Virus record (IMG/VR): IMGVR_UViG_3300043410_001242
Direction: 5' to 3' (one strand)
DNA length: 64,000 bases
From: a virus
Shown piece after piece: positions 20,012-30,898 of the stretch (position 1 is the stretch's first letter; the number at the start of each line of letters is the position of its first letter). The notes under the pieces were generated by a model. It was not told the DNA's origin, did no database searches, and saw only the letters and a program-made list of their open reading frames with translations. The position numbers and the translations under genes were made by a program.

Positions 20012-21163
20012 ATGGGAAAATTTAATCTAACCGAAGCCGCTAAAGAAATCTTAGATACCAATGTGGCATCTAAGCAGCGTGGTCAGCAAAGCGGAGTCGG
20101 TGATACTAAAATAGACACTTCTGTTGCATATGGTCAGAAGGATGTCGGCAAGATCGGTGACTCTCCAGAGAAGAAGGATGAACAAAATCCTAATTACACC
20201 AAGGGAACACCATCAGCTACTCCTCCAGGTGCAACACCACCAGTAGGTTCAGAACCAAAGAAGGTTCTTGACTCTCAACCACAACAGTCTCAAGGCCGTT
20301 CCGACCTTCTGTCTGTTGACCAGGCAGCGGCCACTGACTATTCTGCAATTCGTGATCGTATTGCTGGAAAACTTGCGCCACAGACCATGCAGGCAAATCC
20401 TGGTGCATCATTCCAGTCATATCACGAAGATATTGAAGCTATGCTTTCAGGCGAAAGTCTGTCAGAAGACTTCAAGTCTAAGGCATCTATGATCTTTGAA
20501 GCAGCAGTTATTGCAAAGGCATCTACTGTTGCAGAAGAAGTTGTAGCAGAAGCAGTTGAAGAACTGGAAAATGAATTCAATGCCACTCTTGAAGAAATCA
20601 AAGAAGAAATGGCCGACAAGGTTGACGGTTATCTCAACTATATGGTTGAAGAGTGGGTTAAAGAAAACGAACTGGCTATCACTAAAGGACTTCGTTCTGA
20701 AATCGTTGAAGATTTCATTGAAGGCCTGCGTAATCTGTTCATTGAACATTACATTGATATTCCAGAAGACAAGGTTGACATCGTTGAAGAATTGACCAAT
20801 AAGATCGAAGAACTTGAAGGCGAATTAAACGAACAAATCAAGTTTACTGTTGATCTTTCTCAAGAAATCAACGAACACAAAAAGATTGAGGCTATTTACG
20901 CAGCATGTGAAGGCCTGACGCAGACACAGGTGGAAAAAATCAAATCACTTGCAGAAAGTATTGAGTTTACCTCCGATGAAGACTTCGCGGATAAACTGGA
21001 AACCATTAAGGAATCTTACATTGGTTCTACAGTAAAATCTGCTGATAGTTCTGCTCTTGATGATGAAGTACAAATCATTGAAGAAGATAAGAAGGTTGGT
21101 GGATTTGCAGATCCAGAAATGGCAGCATACACTAAAACCATCTCGCGTACTTTAATTAAATAA
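20012..21163 (+). CDS. gp22: Prohead scaffolding protein gp22
   Basis: LSEDFKSKASMIFEAAV, VDGYLNYMVEEW, LFIEHYID. Confidence 0.92.
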   Translation: MGKFNLTEAAKEILDTNVASKQRGQQSGVGDTKIDTSVAYGQKDVGKIGDSPEKKDEQNPNYTKGTPSATPPGATPPVGSEPKKVLDSQPQQSQGRSDLLSVDQAAATDYSAIRDRIAGKLAPQTMQANPGASFQSYHEDIEAMLSGESLSEDFKSKASMIFEAAVIAKASTVAEEVVAEAVEELENEFNATLEEIKEEMADKVDGYLNYMVEEWVKENELAITKGLRSEIVEDFIEGLRNLFIEHYIDIPEDKVDIVEELTNKIEELEGELNEQIKFTVDLSQEINEHKKIEAIYAACEGLTQTQVEKIKSLAESIEFTSDEDFADKLETIKESYIGSTVKSADSSALDDEVQIIEEDKKVGGFADPEMAAYTKTISRTLIK

Positions 21164-21201
21164 ATATTTGTTTTAACAGATACTTAAAGGAGATAAACTA
21201 A

Positions 21202-22530
21202 ATGTATCTTACAGAAGAACTTCAAAAGAAGTGGCAGCCTGTTCTGGAACACCCAGAACTTGAAGCCATTAAAGATCCTTACAAGAGAGCGGTAACGACT
21301 CTTGTTCTGGAAAACCAACAAAAGGCACTCAAGGAAGATCGTTCAGTTCTTTCTGAAACACTTTCAGACGCTGGTCCTACCAACGTAACTGGTGGTGTTC
21401 AAAACTTCGATCCTATTCTGATCTCTCTTGTTCGCCGTGCTCTGCCTAACCTGATTGCTTATGACGTTGCTGCCGTTCAGCCTATGACTGGTCCTACTGG
21501 CCTGATCTTCGCTATGCGCGCTCGTTATGACAACATGACTGGTTCAGAAGCATTCTACAACGAAGCTAACACAGTATTCTCTGGTCGTACTTCTGCGGCA
21601 AACCCATACGGTTTCCAAGGAACTCTGGCAACTGATACTGCTAATAACTTCCAAGCAGGTACAACCACTACCGGTATCGGTATCCCAACTGTTAATGCAG
21701 AATTCTTGGGTGCTGCTGACTATGGTACTGGTGCAAACGTATTCCAGCAAATGGCGTTCAGCATTGAAAAGGTTACTGTAACCGCTCAAAGCCGTGCGTT
21801 AAAGGCAGAATACTCACTTGAACTTGCTCAAGACCTTAAGGCTATCCACGGTCTGGATGCAGAAACAGAACTGTCTAACATTCTGTCTACTGAAATCCTT
21901 GCTGAAATCAACCGTGAAGTTATCCGTTCTATCTACACTGTTGCTAAGCCTGGTGCTCAGTATGGTGTTACTACTCCTGGTTACTTCGACCTTGACACCG
22001 ACTCTAATGGTCGTTGGTCAGTTGAACGTTTCAAGGGTCTTATCTTCCAGATCGAACGTGATGCTAACGTAATTGCTAAGCAGACTCGTCGTGGTAAGGG
22101 TAACGTCCTGATCGTTTCTTCAGACGTTGCGTCTGCAATGGCTATGGCTGGTGTTCTTCAGTACACTCCTGCACTGTCTGCTGACCTTCAGGTAGATGAC
22201 ACTGGTAACACTTTCTGTGGTATGTTACATGGCCGCATTAAGGTTTACATCGACCCATACTTCGGTGGTTACACTTCTAACCAAGAACTTGTTACTATCG
22301 GTTATAAGGGTTCTTCTCCTTATGATGCAGGTCTGTTCTATTGCCCATATGTTCCTCTGCAAATGGTTCGTGCAGTTGATCAGTTCACTTTCCAACCAAA
22401 GATTGGTTTCAAGACTCGTTACGGAATGGTTGCAAACCCATTCGCAGAAGGTCTGGACGCTGGTCAAGGCAAGTTGAATGCTGGCAAGAACGTTTACTAC
22501 CGTCTGTTCGGTGTAAAGAACCTTATGTAA
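21202..22530 (+). CDS. gp23: Major capsid protein gp23
   Basis: LVRRALPNLIAYD..VQPMTGPTGLIFAMR, SRALKAEYSLELAQDLKAIHGLDAE, FQPKIGFKTRYG. Confidence 0.98.
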   Translation: MYLTEELQKKWQPVLEHPELEAIKDPYKRAVTTLVLENQQKALKEDRSVLSETLSDAGPTNVTGGVQNFDPILISLVRRALPNLIAYDVAAVQPMTGPTGLIFAMRARYDNMTGSEAFYNEANTVFSGRTSAANPYGFQGTLATDTANNFQAGTTTTGIGIPTVNAEFLGAADYGTGANVFQQMAFSIEKVTVTAQSRALKAEYSLELAQDLKAIHGLDAETELSNILSTEILAEINREVIRSIYTVAKPGAQYGVTTPGYFDLDTDSNGRWSVERFKGLIFQIERDANVIAKQTRRGKGNVLIVSSDVASAMAMAGVLQYTPALSADLQVDDTGNTFCGMLHGRIKVYIDPYFGGYTSNQELVTIGYKGSSPYDAGLFYCPYVPLQMVRAVDQFTFQPKIGFKTRYGMVANPFAEGLDAGQGKLNAGKNVYYRLFGVKNLM

Positions 22531-22560
22531 TGATAAAGTCTCCGTTAAGAGAGACACTAG

Positions 22561-22587
22561 AGGGTGCCTTCGGGCACCCTTTTTTTA
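22561..22587 (+). terminator. Intrinsic terminator after gp23
   Basis: AGGGTGCC-TTCG-GGCACCCT followed by a T-run. Confidence 0.9.
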
Positions 22588-22618
22588 TGTCCTAAATACC
22601 GTAATACTGGAGGCATAA

Positions 22619-23149
22619 ATGAGCGCACTAGAACGTACACCCGAACACACAGGTTTTCTACAACCTACAAAGTTTTTACTCACATTCGATAGAATTCCAA
22701 ACGTCACATATTTCTGCCAAGAAGCAAATGTGCCTGGTGTTACCATACCAGCAATTACAGTAACATCACCAATGTTGGATTATCATGTTACTGGAAACAA
22801 ATTAACATTCGGAAGTTTCAACATAAAATTTTTGATTGATTCTAGAGCAGAAGGTTGGAAAAGCATATATGATTGGTTGTTGGCATTGGGATCACCACAC
22901 AGTTTCCAAGAAAGAAACCATCTGTTAGAGATACAGAATCAATATAAAAAGACAGACTTTAAAGGGTATTCTGATGCGGTGTTGACTGCACTTTCAAACC
23001 TAAACAATCCTATATTCAGGATACATATTGCCGGCCTGTTTCCACTATCACTGTCTGACATCCAGTTTGATACAACATTGTCTGCTGATCATATAATGAC
23101 CGCAGATGCCAGTTTTTCAGTAAAATATTTTGAATTCCTGGAGCTTTAA
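22619..23149 (+). CDS. gp3: Tail completion/tube terminator gp3
   Basis: FLQPTKF..PNVTYFCQEANVPG, LFPLSLSDIQFD; gp23-gp3-uvsY synteny. Confidence 0.85.
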   Translation: MSALERTPEHTGFLQPTKFLLTFDRIPNVTYFCQEANVPGVTIPAITVTSPMLDYHVTGNKLTFGSFNIKFLIDSRAEGWKSIYDWLLALGSPHSFQERNHLLEIQNQYKKTDFKGYSDAVLTALSNLNNPIFRIHIAGLFPLSLSDIQFDTTLSADHIMTADASFSVKYFEFLEL

Positions 23150-23180
23150 TATATAATTAAAACATTAGTCATGGTATATT

Positions 23181-23615
23181 ATGGACACAATAGAGAAGAT
23201 ACTAGAAAGTTGGGAAAAAGATTCTGTTATTGATCAAACAGAACCATCAAAAGAACTAATACGAATTCCTATTCTTCACAGCAAATATCTGAACATACTT
23301 ACTAAAAGCAAACTGGCATCCAAAAAAGCACAGTTTGATTATGTTCAGATGAAAAAGAAAAAGTGGGAATATTATAATGGAAAGATGTCAGAAGATGAAC
23401 TAAAAGACATAGGATGGGAACCATTCCCCTTCGTGTTAAAGTCTGATATCAATTTATATCTTGAAAGTGATTCTGACCTCATCAACCTACTCAAGAAAAA
23501 AATCATACATGATGAGATTGTTTCAGTCTCGGAAGCAATTCTTTCGGAACTAAAAAGTCGAACATTCCAACTTAGAGATTTTATATCTTGGGAAAGATTT
23601 ATTGGTGGCAATTAA
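23181..23615 (+). CDS. uvsY: Recombination mediator UvsY
   Basis: WEKDSVID, IPILHSKYL, WEYYNGK, RTFQLRDFISWERF. Confidence 0.9.
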   Translation: MDTIEKILESWEKDSVIDQTEPSKELIRIPILHSKYLNILTKSKLASKKAQFDYVQMKKKKWEYYNGKMSEDELKDIGWEPFPFVLKSDINLYLESDSDLINLLKKKIIHDEIVSVSEAILSELKSRTFQLRDFISWERFIGGN

Positions 23616-25126
23616 TGGCTGATCTGTTGATACACAAACACAATGAGGTATACGCAAAACTGAGTTGTGAAAAATACATTCTGAGGGAACTTGCGGACGT
23701 ATTTACTTTTTTTGTGCCAGGACACCAATTCACTCCAGAATTCCGCAATAGAATCTGGGACGGAAAAATTAGGTTACTGAATTTAAACACCAAATTAATT
23801 TATTTGGGCCTGTTACAGTACATTGAAGAGTTTTGCATTAGTCGAGATTACACTTTCGAATTTGTAAATTTTAATCCTGATGTTGAAGATGAATTCAGTG
23901 TGTATCACGCAGAAAAGTTCATAGAAGGTTTAAAACTGTCCTCACAAGGAAGATCAATACAACCTAAAGAACACCAGTTAAGAGCCTTTATCGGCGCAAT
24001 GCAAAATCGCAGAAAACTGATATTGTCTCCTACTGCATCAGGCAAATCACTCATCATCTATTTGTTATTCAGACAGTTGTTGGATTACCAAAATCTAAAA
24101 GGACTGATTGTGGTGCCGACAACATCTCTCGTTGAACAACTATACTCAGACTTCCAAGACTATTCTTATTTTAATGACTTTGATGTGTCGGAAAATGTAC
24201 ACAAAATCTACCAAGGAATAAGTAAGAATTCTGAAAAGAAATTAGTTATATCCACATGGCAATCTATCTACACCATGCCAGAGGAATATTTTCACCAGTA
24301 TGACTATGTGATTGGTGATGAAGCACACCTATTCAAAGCAAACTCACTCATGGGTGTGATGACAAAGTGCATCAATACAAAGTACAGAATTGGTTTAACT
24401 GGAACCTTAGATGGCACCAAGACACACAAGTTGGTTCTAGAAGGACTTTTCGGACCAGTTGAAAGAGTAATCTCAACAAAAGAATTGATTGATGGTGGCC
24501 ATCTATCTGACTTTGAAATCAAATGTCTGGTTTTAAAGCACCCAGAAGAAGACTGTAAAAATATGTTCAAAAAGGAATACAAAGACGAACTTCAATTCCT
24601 AATATTGAACGAACAGAGAAATAAATTTATAAAAAATCTTGCTATAAGTTTAAAGAAAAATACACTAATTCTTTACCAAATGGTTGATAAACATGGCAAA
24701 TTACTGTATAATATGTTATTACAAACTGAAAAATTAGGTAATAGAAAAGTATTTTTTGTTCATGGAGGAACAGAAACAGAAGATAGAGAAAAAATCAGGA
24801 AGATAATGGAGACGGAAGAAGATGCAATTATTGTAGCTTCATTTGGAACTTTCTCCACAGGCATCAATATAAGAAACCTACATAATGTTATATTTGCTTC
24901 TCCATCCAAATCAAGGGTGAGAAACCTACAGTCAATAGGTAGAGTCTTGAGAAAGAGTGATGCAAAAGATAAGGCTGTGTTGTATGACATATCTGATGAT
25001 CTTAGACATGGAAAATACATCAACCACACTCTGAGACACTTCATTGAAAGGTCTAGAATTTATACTGAAGAAAAGTTTCCTTTTAAACTTTATAAAATAC
25101 AATTAAAAAATGGAAGACCAAATTAA
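23615..25126 (+). CDS. uvsW: SF2 DNA helicase UvsW
   Basis: WDGKIRL, SPTASGKS, DEAH, LQSIGRVLR. ATG at 23615. Confidence 0.95.
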   Translation: MADLLIHKHNEVYAKLSCEKYILRELADVFTFFVPGHQFTPEFRNRIWDGKIRLLNLNTKLIYLGLLQYIEEFCISRDYTFEFVNFNPDVEDEFSVYHAEKFIEGLKLSSQGRSIQPKEHQLRAFIGAMQNRRKLILSPTASGKSLIIYLLFRQLLDYQNLKGLIVVPTTSLVEQLYSDFQDYSYFNDFDVSENVHKIYQGISKNSEKKLVISTWQSIYTMPEEYFHQYDYVIGDEAHLFKANSLMGVMTKCINTKYRIGLTGTLDGTKTHKLVLEGLFGPVERVISTKELIDGGHLSDFEIKCLVLKHPEEDCKNMFKKEYKDELQFLILNEQRNKFIKNLAISLKKNTLILYQMVDKHGKLLYNMLLQTEKLGNRKVFFVHGGTETEDREKIRKIMETEEDAIIVASFGTFSTGINIRNLHNVIFASPSKSRVRNLQSIGRVLRKSDAKDKAVLYDISDDLRHGKYINHTLRHFIERSRIYTEEKFPFKLYKIQLKNGRPN

Positions 25127-25484
25127 AATTTTAAGACTGGTAACTGGTGAAGACATCATCTGCAAATATTTAAAGTTGGAAAAACAACTATACTATGTAA
25201 TGGATCCTATGACGCTTGTGATCAGATACAAGTCCGGTGAATCTACAATTCTTATGCAACATTGGCTACCTGTTGAAGTCTTAGAGAAGAATGAAGTAAC
25301 TCTTCAAGATAGAGATATCTTGACGTTCATTGAACCTAATGAACATATGAGAGAATATTATGCTTCTTTATCGGAGAAACTCCGAGAGGAAACTTCAAGG
25401 TTAAAAGAACTTAAAAGTTCTATTGAAACGGAGACAATGGAAATTCTTAATGCATTTAAGGTTAAGAATGAATCAATTCATTGA
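25110..25484 (+). CDS. Conserved T4-like hypothetical protein
   Basis: IKILRLVTGEDII N-term, shared with 44920-45231. Confidence 0.65.
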   Translation: MEDQIKILRLVTGEDIICKYLKLEKQLYYVMDPMTLVIRYKSGESTILMQHWLPVEVLEKNEVTLQDRDILTFIEPNEHMREYYASLSEKLREETSRLKELKSSIETETMEILNAFKVKNESIH

Positions 25485-25505
25485 TCTCTAAAGGGCGACA
25501 TACCT

Positions 25506-25535
25506 ATTGTATCAATTTGGCAACCAGTTTGTCAA
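25506..25535 (-). promoter_or_regulatory. Antisense sigma70-type promoter upstream of gp55
   Basis: Minus strand reads TTGACA-N18-TACAAT with an extended -10 TG. Confidence 0.55.
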
Positions 25536-25554
25536 GCATTATTTTGAGAATATT

Positions 25555-26100
25555 ATGGCAGAAAAGATCAAAGCAAAGAAAGAATATGTAAATAATGATG
25601 ATTTTGTTAAGGCACTGGTGGATTACAAAGAAAAATCTGCATATGCCAAAGAACACAACACCACACCCCCTAAGATTCCCAATTATATCGGTGAGTGTTT
25701 TTATAAGATTGCAGAAGGACTCTCAAGGAAACCAAATTTCATAAACTACACATACAAAGATGAAATGATTTCTGATGGTGTAGAAAACTGTTTGATGTAC
25801 TTTGAGAACTTCGACCCATCAAAGACCAAGAATGCATTCTCCTATTTCACCACAGTCATCTGGTATGCATTCCTAAGACGCATACAGAAAGAAAAGAAAC
25901 AACTGTACATCAAGTATAAGGCCACAGAACAAATGGGCATACTGGATGAATATGAACTTCTTGAACTTGAAGACGGACAGAATAGACAATTTGAGATGTA
26001 CGATAATATTTCAGAATTCATTGAAAACTTCGAAGAGAACAAGAAGAGCAAAAAGATCATAAAGAAAAACACCGGGCTTGACTTATTCTTCGAAGAGTGA
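25555..26100 (+). CDS. gp55: Late sigma factor gp55
   Basis: YVNN..F, YIGECFYKIAEGLS.KPNF..YTY.DEMISDG, NAFSYFT...AFLRRIQKEK. Confidence 0.95.
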   Translation: MAEKIKAKKEYVNNDDFVKALVDYKEKSAYAKEHNTTPPKIPNYIGECFYKIAEGLSRKPNFINYTYKDEMISDGVENCLMYFENFDPSKTKNAFSYFTTVIWYAFLRRIQKEKKQLYIKYKATEQMGILDEYELLELEDGQNRQFEMYDNISEFIENFEENKKSKKIIKKNTGLDLFFEE

Positions 26101-26106
26101 TATAAT
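26078..26106 (+). promoter_or_regulatory. Sigma70-type promoter
   Basis: TTGACT-N17-TATAAT with TG extension. Confidence 0.7.
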
Positions 26107-26293
26107 GTACAAAATTAGGTTTAAACTGCAAGAGTATCCTTGTGTGTATACAAAGTATTTCGGTACTAGACCTGAATTAAGTAGGTTTATGGAAAGAATC
26201 GCCAGAAACTCTGGCGCAATAATTGAGATTACTGATTCAAATAATGAAAATAGCACTCATCACCGATCAACACTTCGGAGCAAGGAACGATAA
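26105..26293 (+). CDS. Small hypothetical protein
   Basis: Short ORF between gp55 and gp47; start uncertain. Confidence 0.35.
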   Translation: MYKIRFKLQEYPCVYTKYFGTRPELSRFMERIARNSGAIIEITDSNNENSTHHRSTLRSKER

Positions 26294-27311
26294 CCAACTG
26301 TTCTTGGATTACTACGAACAGTTTTATTCTGAGGTCTTTTTTCCTAAGCTCAAAGAAGAAGGAATAAAAGAACTTCTTATTCTTGGTGACACATTTGACC
26401 GTAGAAAGTATATCAATTTCAACACATTACAACGTGCTAAGAAGATGTTTTTCGATAAACTCGAAGAGCATGAAATCTCAACTTACATGTTGGTTGGCAA
26501 TCATGACACGTTCTATAAGAATACAAACGATGTAAATTCTATTCGGATACTTATTGGTGAAGATGATTATCACATTCAAGTAATTGATAGGCCCACAACC
26601 ATTAAAATTGACGGTGAAAAGGTATGCATGATACCTTGGATATGTGCAGACAACTATGATGAATGTCTAAAGGAAATAAATACCACTCCAGCAACCCTTT
26701 GTGCAGGACATTTTGAAATTGAGGGATTTGCTATGTATCGCGGTCTCCAAAGTCAAGAGGGGTTAAGTCGTGGACTTTTTAACAAATTCGAATATACTTT
26801 TTCCGGCCATTATCATCACAAATCTAGTTCTGTCGGTATTCACTACCTTGGCAATCCGTATGAACTTACCTGGCAGGATTTTAATGATCCTCGTGGTTTT
26901 CATACCTTCGATCTTAGTGATAGAACTCTTACTTTCCATCGTAATCCGTATGTGATGTTTCATCGAATCCACTATGATGACTCACAGGGTCTCATAGAAG
27001 GATTACAATCTGGTTATGATCACTTGAGAGATCGTTATGTTAAAGTAGTAGTAATAAACAAAACCAATCCTTATCTTTTTGATCGGTTCATGGATGCAAT
27101 TTATTCCGTTGAACCGGCCGATGTTAAAATTGTCGAAGACTTCAGTGATATTTCTGAAGGCATTGATGATGAAATGGTCGACCAGGCTGAAGACACACTT
27201 ACCATATTAAATAAGTATGTTGACGGTCTGTCCGAAACTTCAATTGACAACAATAAATTGAAGAACATTTTGCGTGAATTGTATATTGAATCTGTTAACT
27301 CTGAATCATGA
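26244..27311 (+). CDS. gp47: Recombination endonuclease subunit gp47 (Mre11-like)
   Basis: TDQHFG, LGDTFDRR, VGNHD, SGHYHH. Confidence 0.95.
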   Translation: MKIALITDQHFGARNDNQLFLDYYEQFYSEVFFPKLKEEGIKELLILGDTFDRRKYINFNTLQRAKKMFFDKLEEHEISTYMLVGNHDTFYKNTNDVNSIRILIGEDDYHIQVIDRPTTIKIDGEKVCMIPWICADNYDECLKEINTTPATLCAGHFEIEGFAMYRGLQSQEGLSRGLFNKFEYTFSGHYHHKSSSVGIHYLGNPYELTWQDFNDPRGFHTFDLSDRTLTFHRNPYVMFHRIHYDDSQGLIEGLQSGYDHLRDRYVKVVVINKTNPYLFDRFMDAIYSVEPADVKIVEDFSDISEGIDDEMVDQAEDTLTILNKYVDGLSETSIDNNKLKNILRELYIESVNSES

Positions 27312-29026
27312 TCCACTTTAAATATGTCAAATGGCGAAACTTTCTTTCGACTGGTAACAATTGGACTACTATCGATCTTAGCCGTAGTTCTAATACTCTT
27401 ATTATTGGTACTAATGGCGCTGGCAAGTCCACTCTTCTTGATGCTCTATGTTTTGGACTTTTTGGTAAGCCCTTTCGCAAAATTAATAAACCACAACTTA
27501 TCAATTCAATCAATCAAAGAGACTGTGTTGTTGAAGTTGCATTTTCAGTAGGTCAAAAGTCCTATCGTGTTGTTCGTGGAATTAAACCTAACGTCTTTGA
27601 GGTCCATTGCAATGACGAGTTGGTCAACCAAAATGCGAAGAACACAGACTACCAAGAAGTTCTAGAACGTCAAATTCTGAAGTTCAACTTCAAATCCTTT
27701 ACTCAGGTTGTAATTCTTGGATCAGCTTCATTTGTTCCTTTTATGCAGTTGTCTGCGGCTGATCGTAGAAATATTATCGAGGAACTTCTTGATATTCAAA
27801 TCTTTTCTTCTATGAACAAACTTGTTAAAGAAAAGTTAGATGATATCAAAGATAAGAGTAAAGACAATAAGTATGCTATGGACTTGACTTCTGAAAAGAT
27901 TAAACTTCAGAAACAAAATATCGAAGAACATAGGAAACATAATGATGAGGAAATTGAGAGAAAGAAAAACGAGATTGAAAACTCTGAACTTCAAGAGATC
28001 AAGTTACAGAATGATATCGAACTTATATCTCAGCACATCGGAGTATTACAAAAAAAGATTGAAGACGAATCTGCCGTACGCGCTAAGAACAAGAAGATTG
28101 TCCAGATGGAATCGAAAATGGAATCTTCGATATCCAAGATTACTAAGGACATTTCTTTCTTACAGGATAACGAAGTCTGTCACACTTGCAACCAACCAAT
28201 CGACAAAGACTTTGCGGCCGAAAGGTTATCGGAAAGAGAGGCGAAGAAAAGTGAGATACAAAACGGACTTGAAATGTTATCTCGCGAGATGGAAAAGAAC
28301 AATGCCAGATTGGAGGTGATCGTAGAGATTAATAAAGATATTGTAAAGCACATGAACGCCGTTACTGAACATAATGCAACCATTCGTGCAATCAACACAT
28401 ATATTAATAAACTACAAAAGGAAATCTCTTCACTCTTGGAGAGAAAGGGTAATATCATTGATGAGAATGAGAAACTTTCAGAACTCAAAGATGAATTGAA
28501 AGAACTCATGAAGAAACATGAAGAATATGTTAATGACAAACATTATTATGAGTATGCAGCAAGTCTACTGAAAGATACTGGTATCAAAACCAAGATTATC
28601 AAGCAGTATTTGCCGATCATGAATAAGTTGATCAATAAGTACTTATCTGCGCTAGATTTCTTTGTTAACTTTGAAATGAACGAAAATTTCGAAGAAACAA
28701 TTAAGTCAAGACATAGGGATGAATTCAGTTATGCTAATTTCTCTGAAGGAGAAAAACAGAAGATTGACTTGGCACTTCTCTTTACTTGGAGACAGGTAGC
28801 TAAACTGAAGAATTCTGCGAATACCAATCTTCTTATTCTTGATGAGGTGTTTGATTCTAGTCTAGATTCATCATCAGTAGAACTATTAATGAATTTGATT
28901 CATGAATTCTCTGACGATACGAATGTGTTTGTTATTAGTCACAAGGGTGATCAATTGTTTGATAAATTTAGATCAGTAATTAAATTTAACAAAAAGGGTA
29001 ATTTCTCCGTAATTGAAGGAAAATAA
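27308..29026 (+). CDS. gp46: Recombination ATPase gp46 (Rad50-like)
   Basis: NGAGKST, CHTC zinc hook, FSEGEK, LDEVFDSSLD, VISH. Confidence 0.96.
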   Translation: MIHFKYVKWRNFLSTGNNWTTIDLSRSSNTLIIGTNGAGKSTLLDALCFGLFGKPFRKINKPQLINSINQRDCVVEVAFSVGQKSYRVVRGIKPNVFEVHCNDELVNQNAKNTDYQEVLERQILKFNFKSFTQVVILGSASFVPFMQLSAADRRNIIEELLDIQIFSSMNKLVKEKLDDIKDKSKDNKYAMDLTSEKIKLQKQNIEEHRKHNDEEIERKKNEIENSELQEIKLQNDIELISQHIGVLQKKIEDESAVRAKNKKIVQMESKMESSISKITKDISFLQDNEVCHTCNQPIDKDFAAERLSEREAKKSEIQNGLEMLSREMEKNNARLEVIVEINKDIVKHMNAVTEHNATIRAINTYINKLQKEISSLLERKGNIIDENEKLSELKDELKELMKKHEEYVNDKHYYEYAASLLKDTGIKTKIIKQYLPIMNKLINKYLSALDFFVNFEMNENFEETIKSRHRDEFSYANFSEGEKQKIDLALLFTWRQVAKLKNSANTNLLILDEVFDSSLDSSSVELLMNLIHEFSDDTNVFVISHKGDQLFDKFRSVIKFNKKGNFSVIEGK

Positions 29027-29027
29027 T

Positions 29028-29633
29028 ATGAGTGATGTAATTAAAATTAGTACTGATGGTTACAATGGTACTACTATTCAACCTGACATTGTAATATTGC
29101 AATTGGTTGATGAAAATGATCCTGTTCTCAGAAGTGGTACTACACAGTTCGACTTTGAAGATCCGTGTTTTGAACCTGTTGAGTTTGCTTCTCAGTTGGC
29201 GGAAACATGCAAGGTTAAGGGTGGTTTTGGATTGGCTGCACCTCAGGTTGGAATCTCAGCCAGGGTTTTCGTTATGGGTGGAGGAGACGAATATGTTGCA
29301 ATGTTCAATCCGTCTATCTTAGAAGAATCTAAAGAACATAGTCTTGTGGCCGAAGGTTGTCTTTCTTTTCCTATGTTGGCACTAAAGATTTCTAGACCCA
29401 AAAAAATTAAAGTCGAATATTATGACTTTACTGGTGAGAGACATGAAACAGTATTTGAGGGTTTGACCTCACATGTATTCCAGCATGAGCTTGACCATTT
29501 AAATGGAATATGTTATACTGATCGGGCAAAACCAATGGCACTTAAGATGGGTCTAAAGAAGAGAGACAAATTTAGCAAACTTGTTACCCGTTACGAGGCC
29601 GCGAAGAAAAGATTAAATAGTTTGAGTGAATAA
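29028..29633 (+). CDS. def: Peptide deformylase
   Basis: GFGLAAPQVG, EGCLS and QHELDHLNG motifs. Confidence 0.95.
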   Translation: MSDVIKISTDGYNGTTIQPDIVILQLVDENDPVLRSGTTQFDFEDPCFEPVEFASQLAETCKVKGGFGLAAPQVGISARVFVMGGGDEYVAMFNPSILEESKEHSLVAEGCLSFPMLALKISRPKKIKVEYYDFTGERHETVFEGLTSHVFQHELDHLNGICYTDRAKPMALKMGLKKRDKFSKLVTRYEAAKKRLNSLSE

Positions 29634-30898
29634 TGCCTACACCTATTGAATTTGTTGATGAACAGTGGAAAATTTGGCAGGAAAATAATCCTGCCGAAAA
29701 CTTTGGTCACGTGGATACTGAAGAACTAAAATCTAAATTAATTTCTGATTTGGAATATGCCTCTAAGATGGATGTTAGAGAATACACTTTGTATCAAAAG
29801 TGGTGTGAAGTGCAAGAGAAGTATCCAACAAAAGAAGTCTGTACACTGTTTGGTGAAGAAACTCAACTTGTAAATTCTGAACAGGTCAAACTTATTGAAA
29901 AGGTTAGAAGTAATTTTTGGGTACCAGAAAGTCCTGATGATTATGAAAAACTGGAACCTGTTATGGTTTTACACAACGGTGAATTGGCTGAAACCTGGAA
30001 CACCTTGAGGACATTCTCTTCTACCATGAAGAACAATTCTAACATCGGTAGAAATCTGTATTACATTCTAACTGACGCAGTATCTTCTAAATACTTAGGA
30101 GTCATTTGCATTTCATCAGACTTTCTTGACTTGACGCCTAGAGACAACTTTATCGGTTGGTCTAGAGACGTTAAGACTCAACAGGGTATGATTAATCATA
30201 CTGCAATTGGTTCTACGATTGTGCCTTTACAACCTCTCGGATTCAATTATATGGGTGGAAAGTTACTGGCACTTATGTGTCTATCTGACACTGTACAAAA
30301 AGATTGGAGGGAGAAATATGGAGATGTTCTGGTCGGTGTTACAACTACTTCTCTATATGGGAACACTAAGTCTGGTGGTCTTTCTCAGTATGACGGTCTT
30401 GAACACTGGACAAAAATGGGTTTCTCTTCCGGTTCGGTCGCGTTCGAACCAACAAGAAAAACGTCTAGACTAGTATTTGATTGGATCAAAGAAAATCATA
30501 CAAGAAAGTATTTCGAATGGTGGGAGGCAAAAAACCAAAATGGCCTCCCACTAAAACGCGATCATAAAAATCGCTCTTTGAATTTTGCGTATTCTAAACT
30601 TGGAATTCCCAAAGAACTTGTTCGCGCTGATCATCAACGCGGTATCTATTTTTCTACACTATATAATAATACATGTGAATATCTCAAAAAAGAGATAACT
30701 GATAGTGAACTTATAAAATCTTTCGATACTTCGGAACAAACGCTTGCCAATATTTGGAAAACCAAGTATGCTAAGGGTCGGATTTCGATGTTGAAAAAGA
30801 AAAACAATGTATCAACTGATTCGTTATTCTACGATGATTTGATCTACTTGTCTTGGGATGAAACCAAAGAAAAATACCTAAGACAAGTTGGAAGGTGA
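29633..30898 (+). CDS. DUF4338/DruA-like protein, paralog 1
   Basis: GRNL...LGVICISS..RD..IGW, VPLQPLGFNYMGGKLLA, TTTSLYG..SQYDG. Confidence 0.6.
   Translation: MPTPIEFVDEQWKIWQENNPAENFGHVDTEELKSKLISDLEYASKMDVREYTLYQKWCEVQEKYPTKEVCTLFGEETQLVNSEQVKLIEKVRSNFWVPESPDDYEKLEPVMVLHNGELAETWNTLRTFSSTMKNNSNIGRNLYYILTDAVSSKYLGVICISSDFLDLTPRDNFIGWSRDVKTQQGMINHTAIGSTIVPLQPLGFNYMGGKLLALMCLSDTVQKDWREKYGDVLVGVTTTSLYGNTKSGGLSQYDGLEHWTKMGFSSGSVAFEPTRKTSRLVFDWIKENHTRKYFEWWEAKNQNGLPLKRDHKNRSLNFAYSKLGIPKELVRADHQRGIYFSTLYNNTCEYLKKEITDSELIKSFDTSEQTLANIWKTKYAKGRISMLKKKNNVSTDSLFYDDLIYLSWDETKEKYLRQVGR

Noticed and set aside
29633-30898. Complete Druantia defence system
   Set aside because: No DruE-like large helicase or other Dru genes are present; only isolated DUF4338-like genes.
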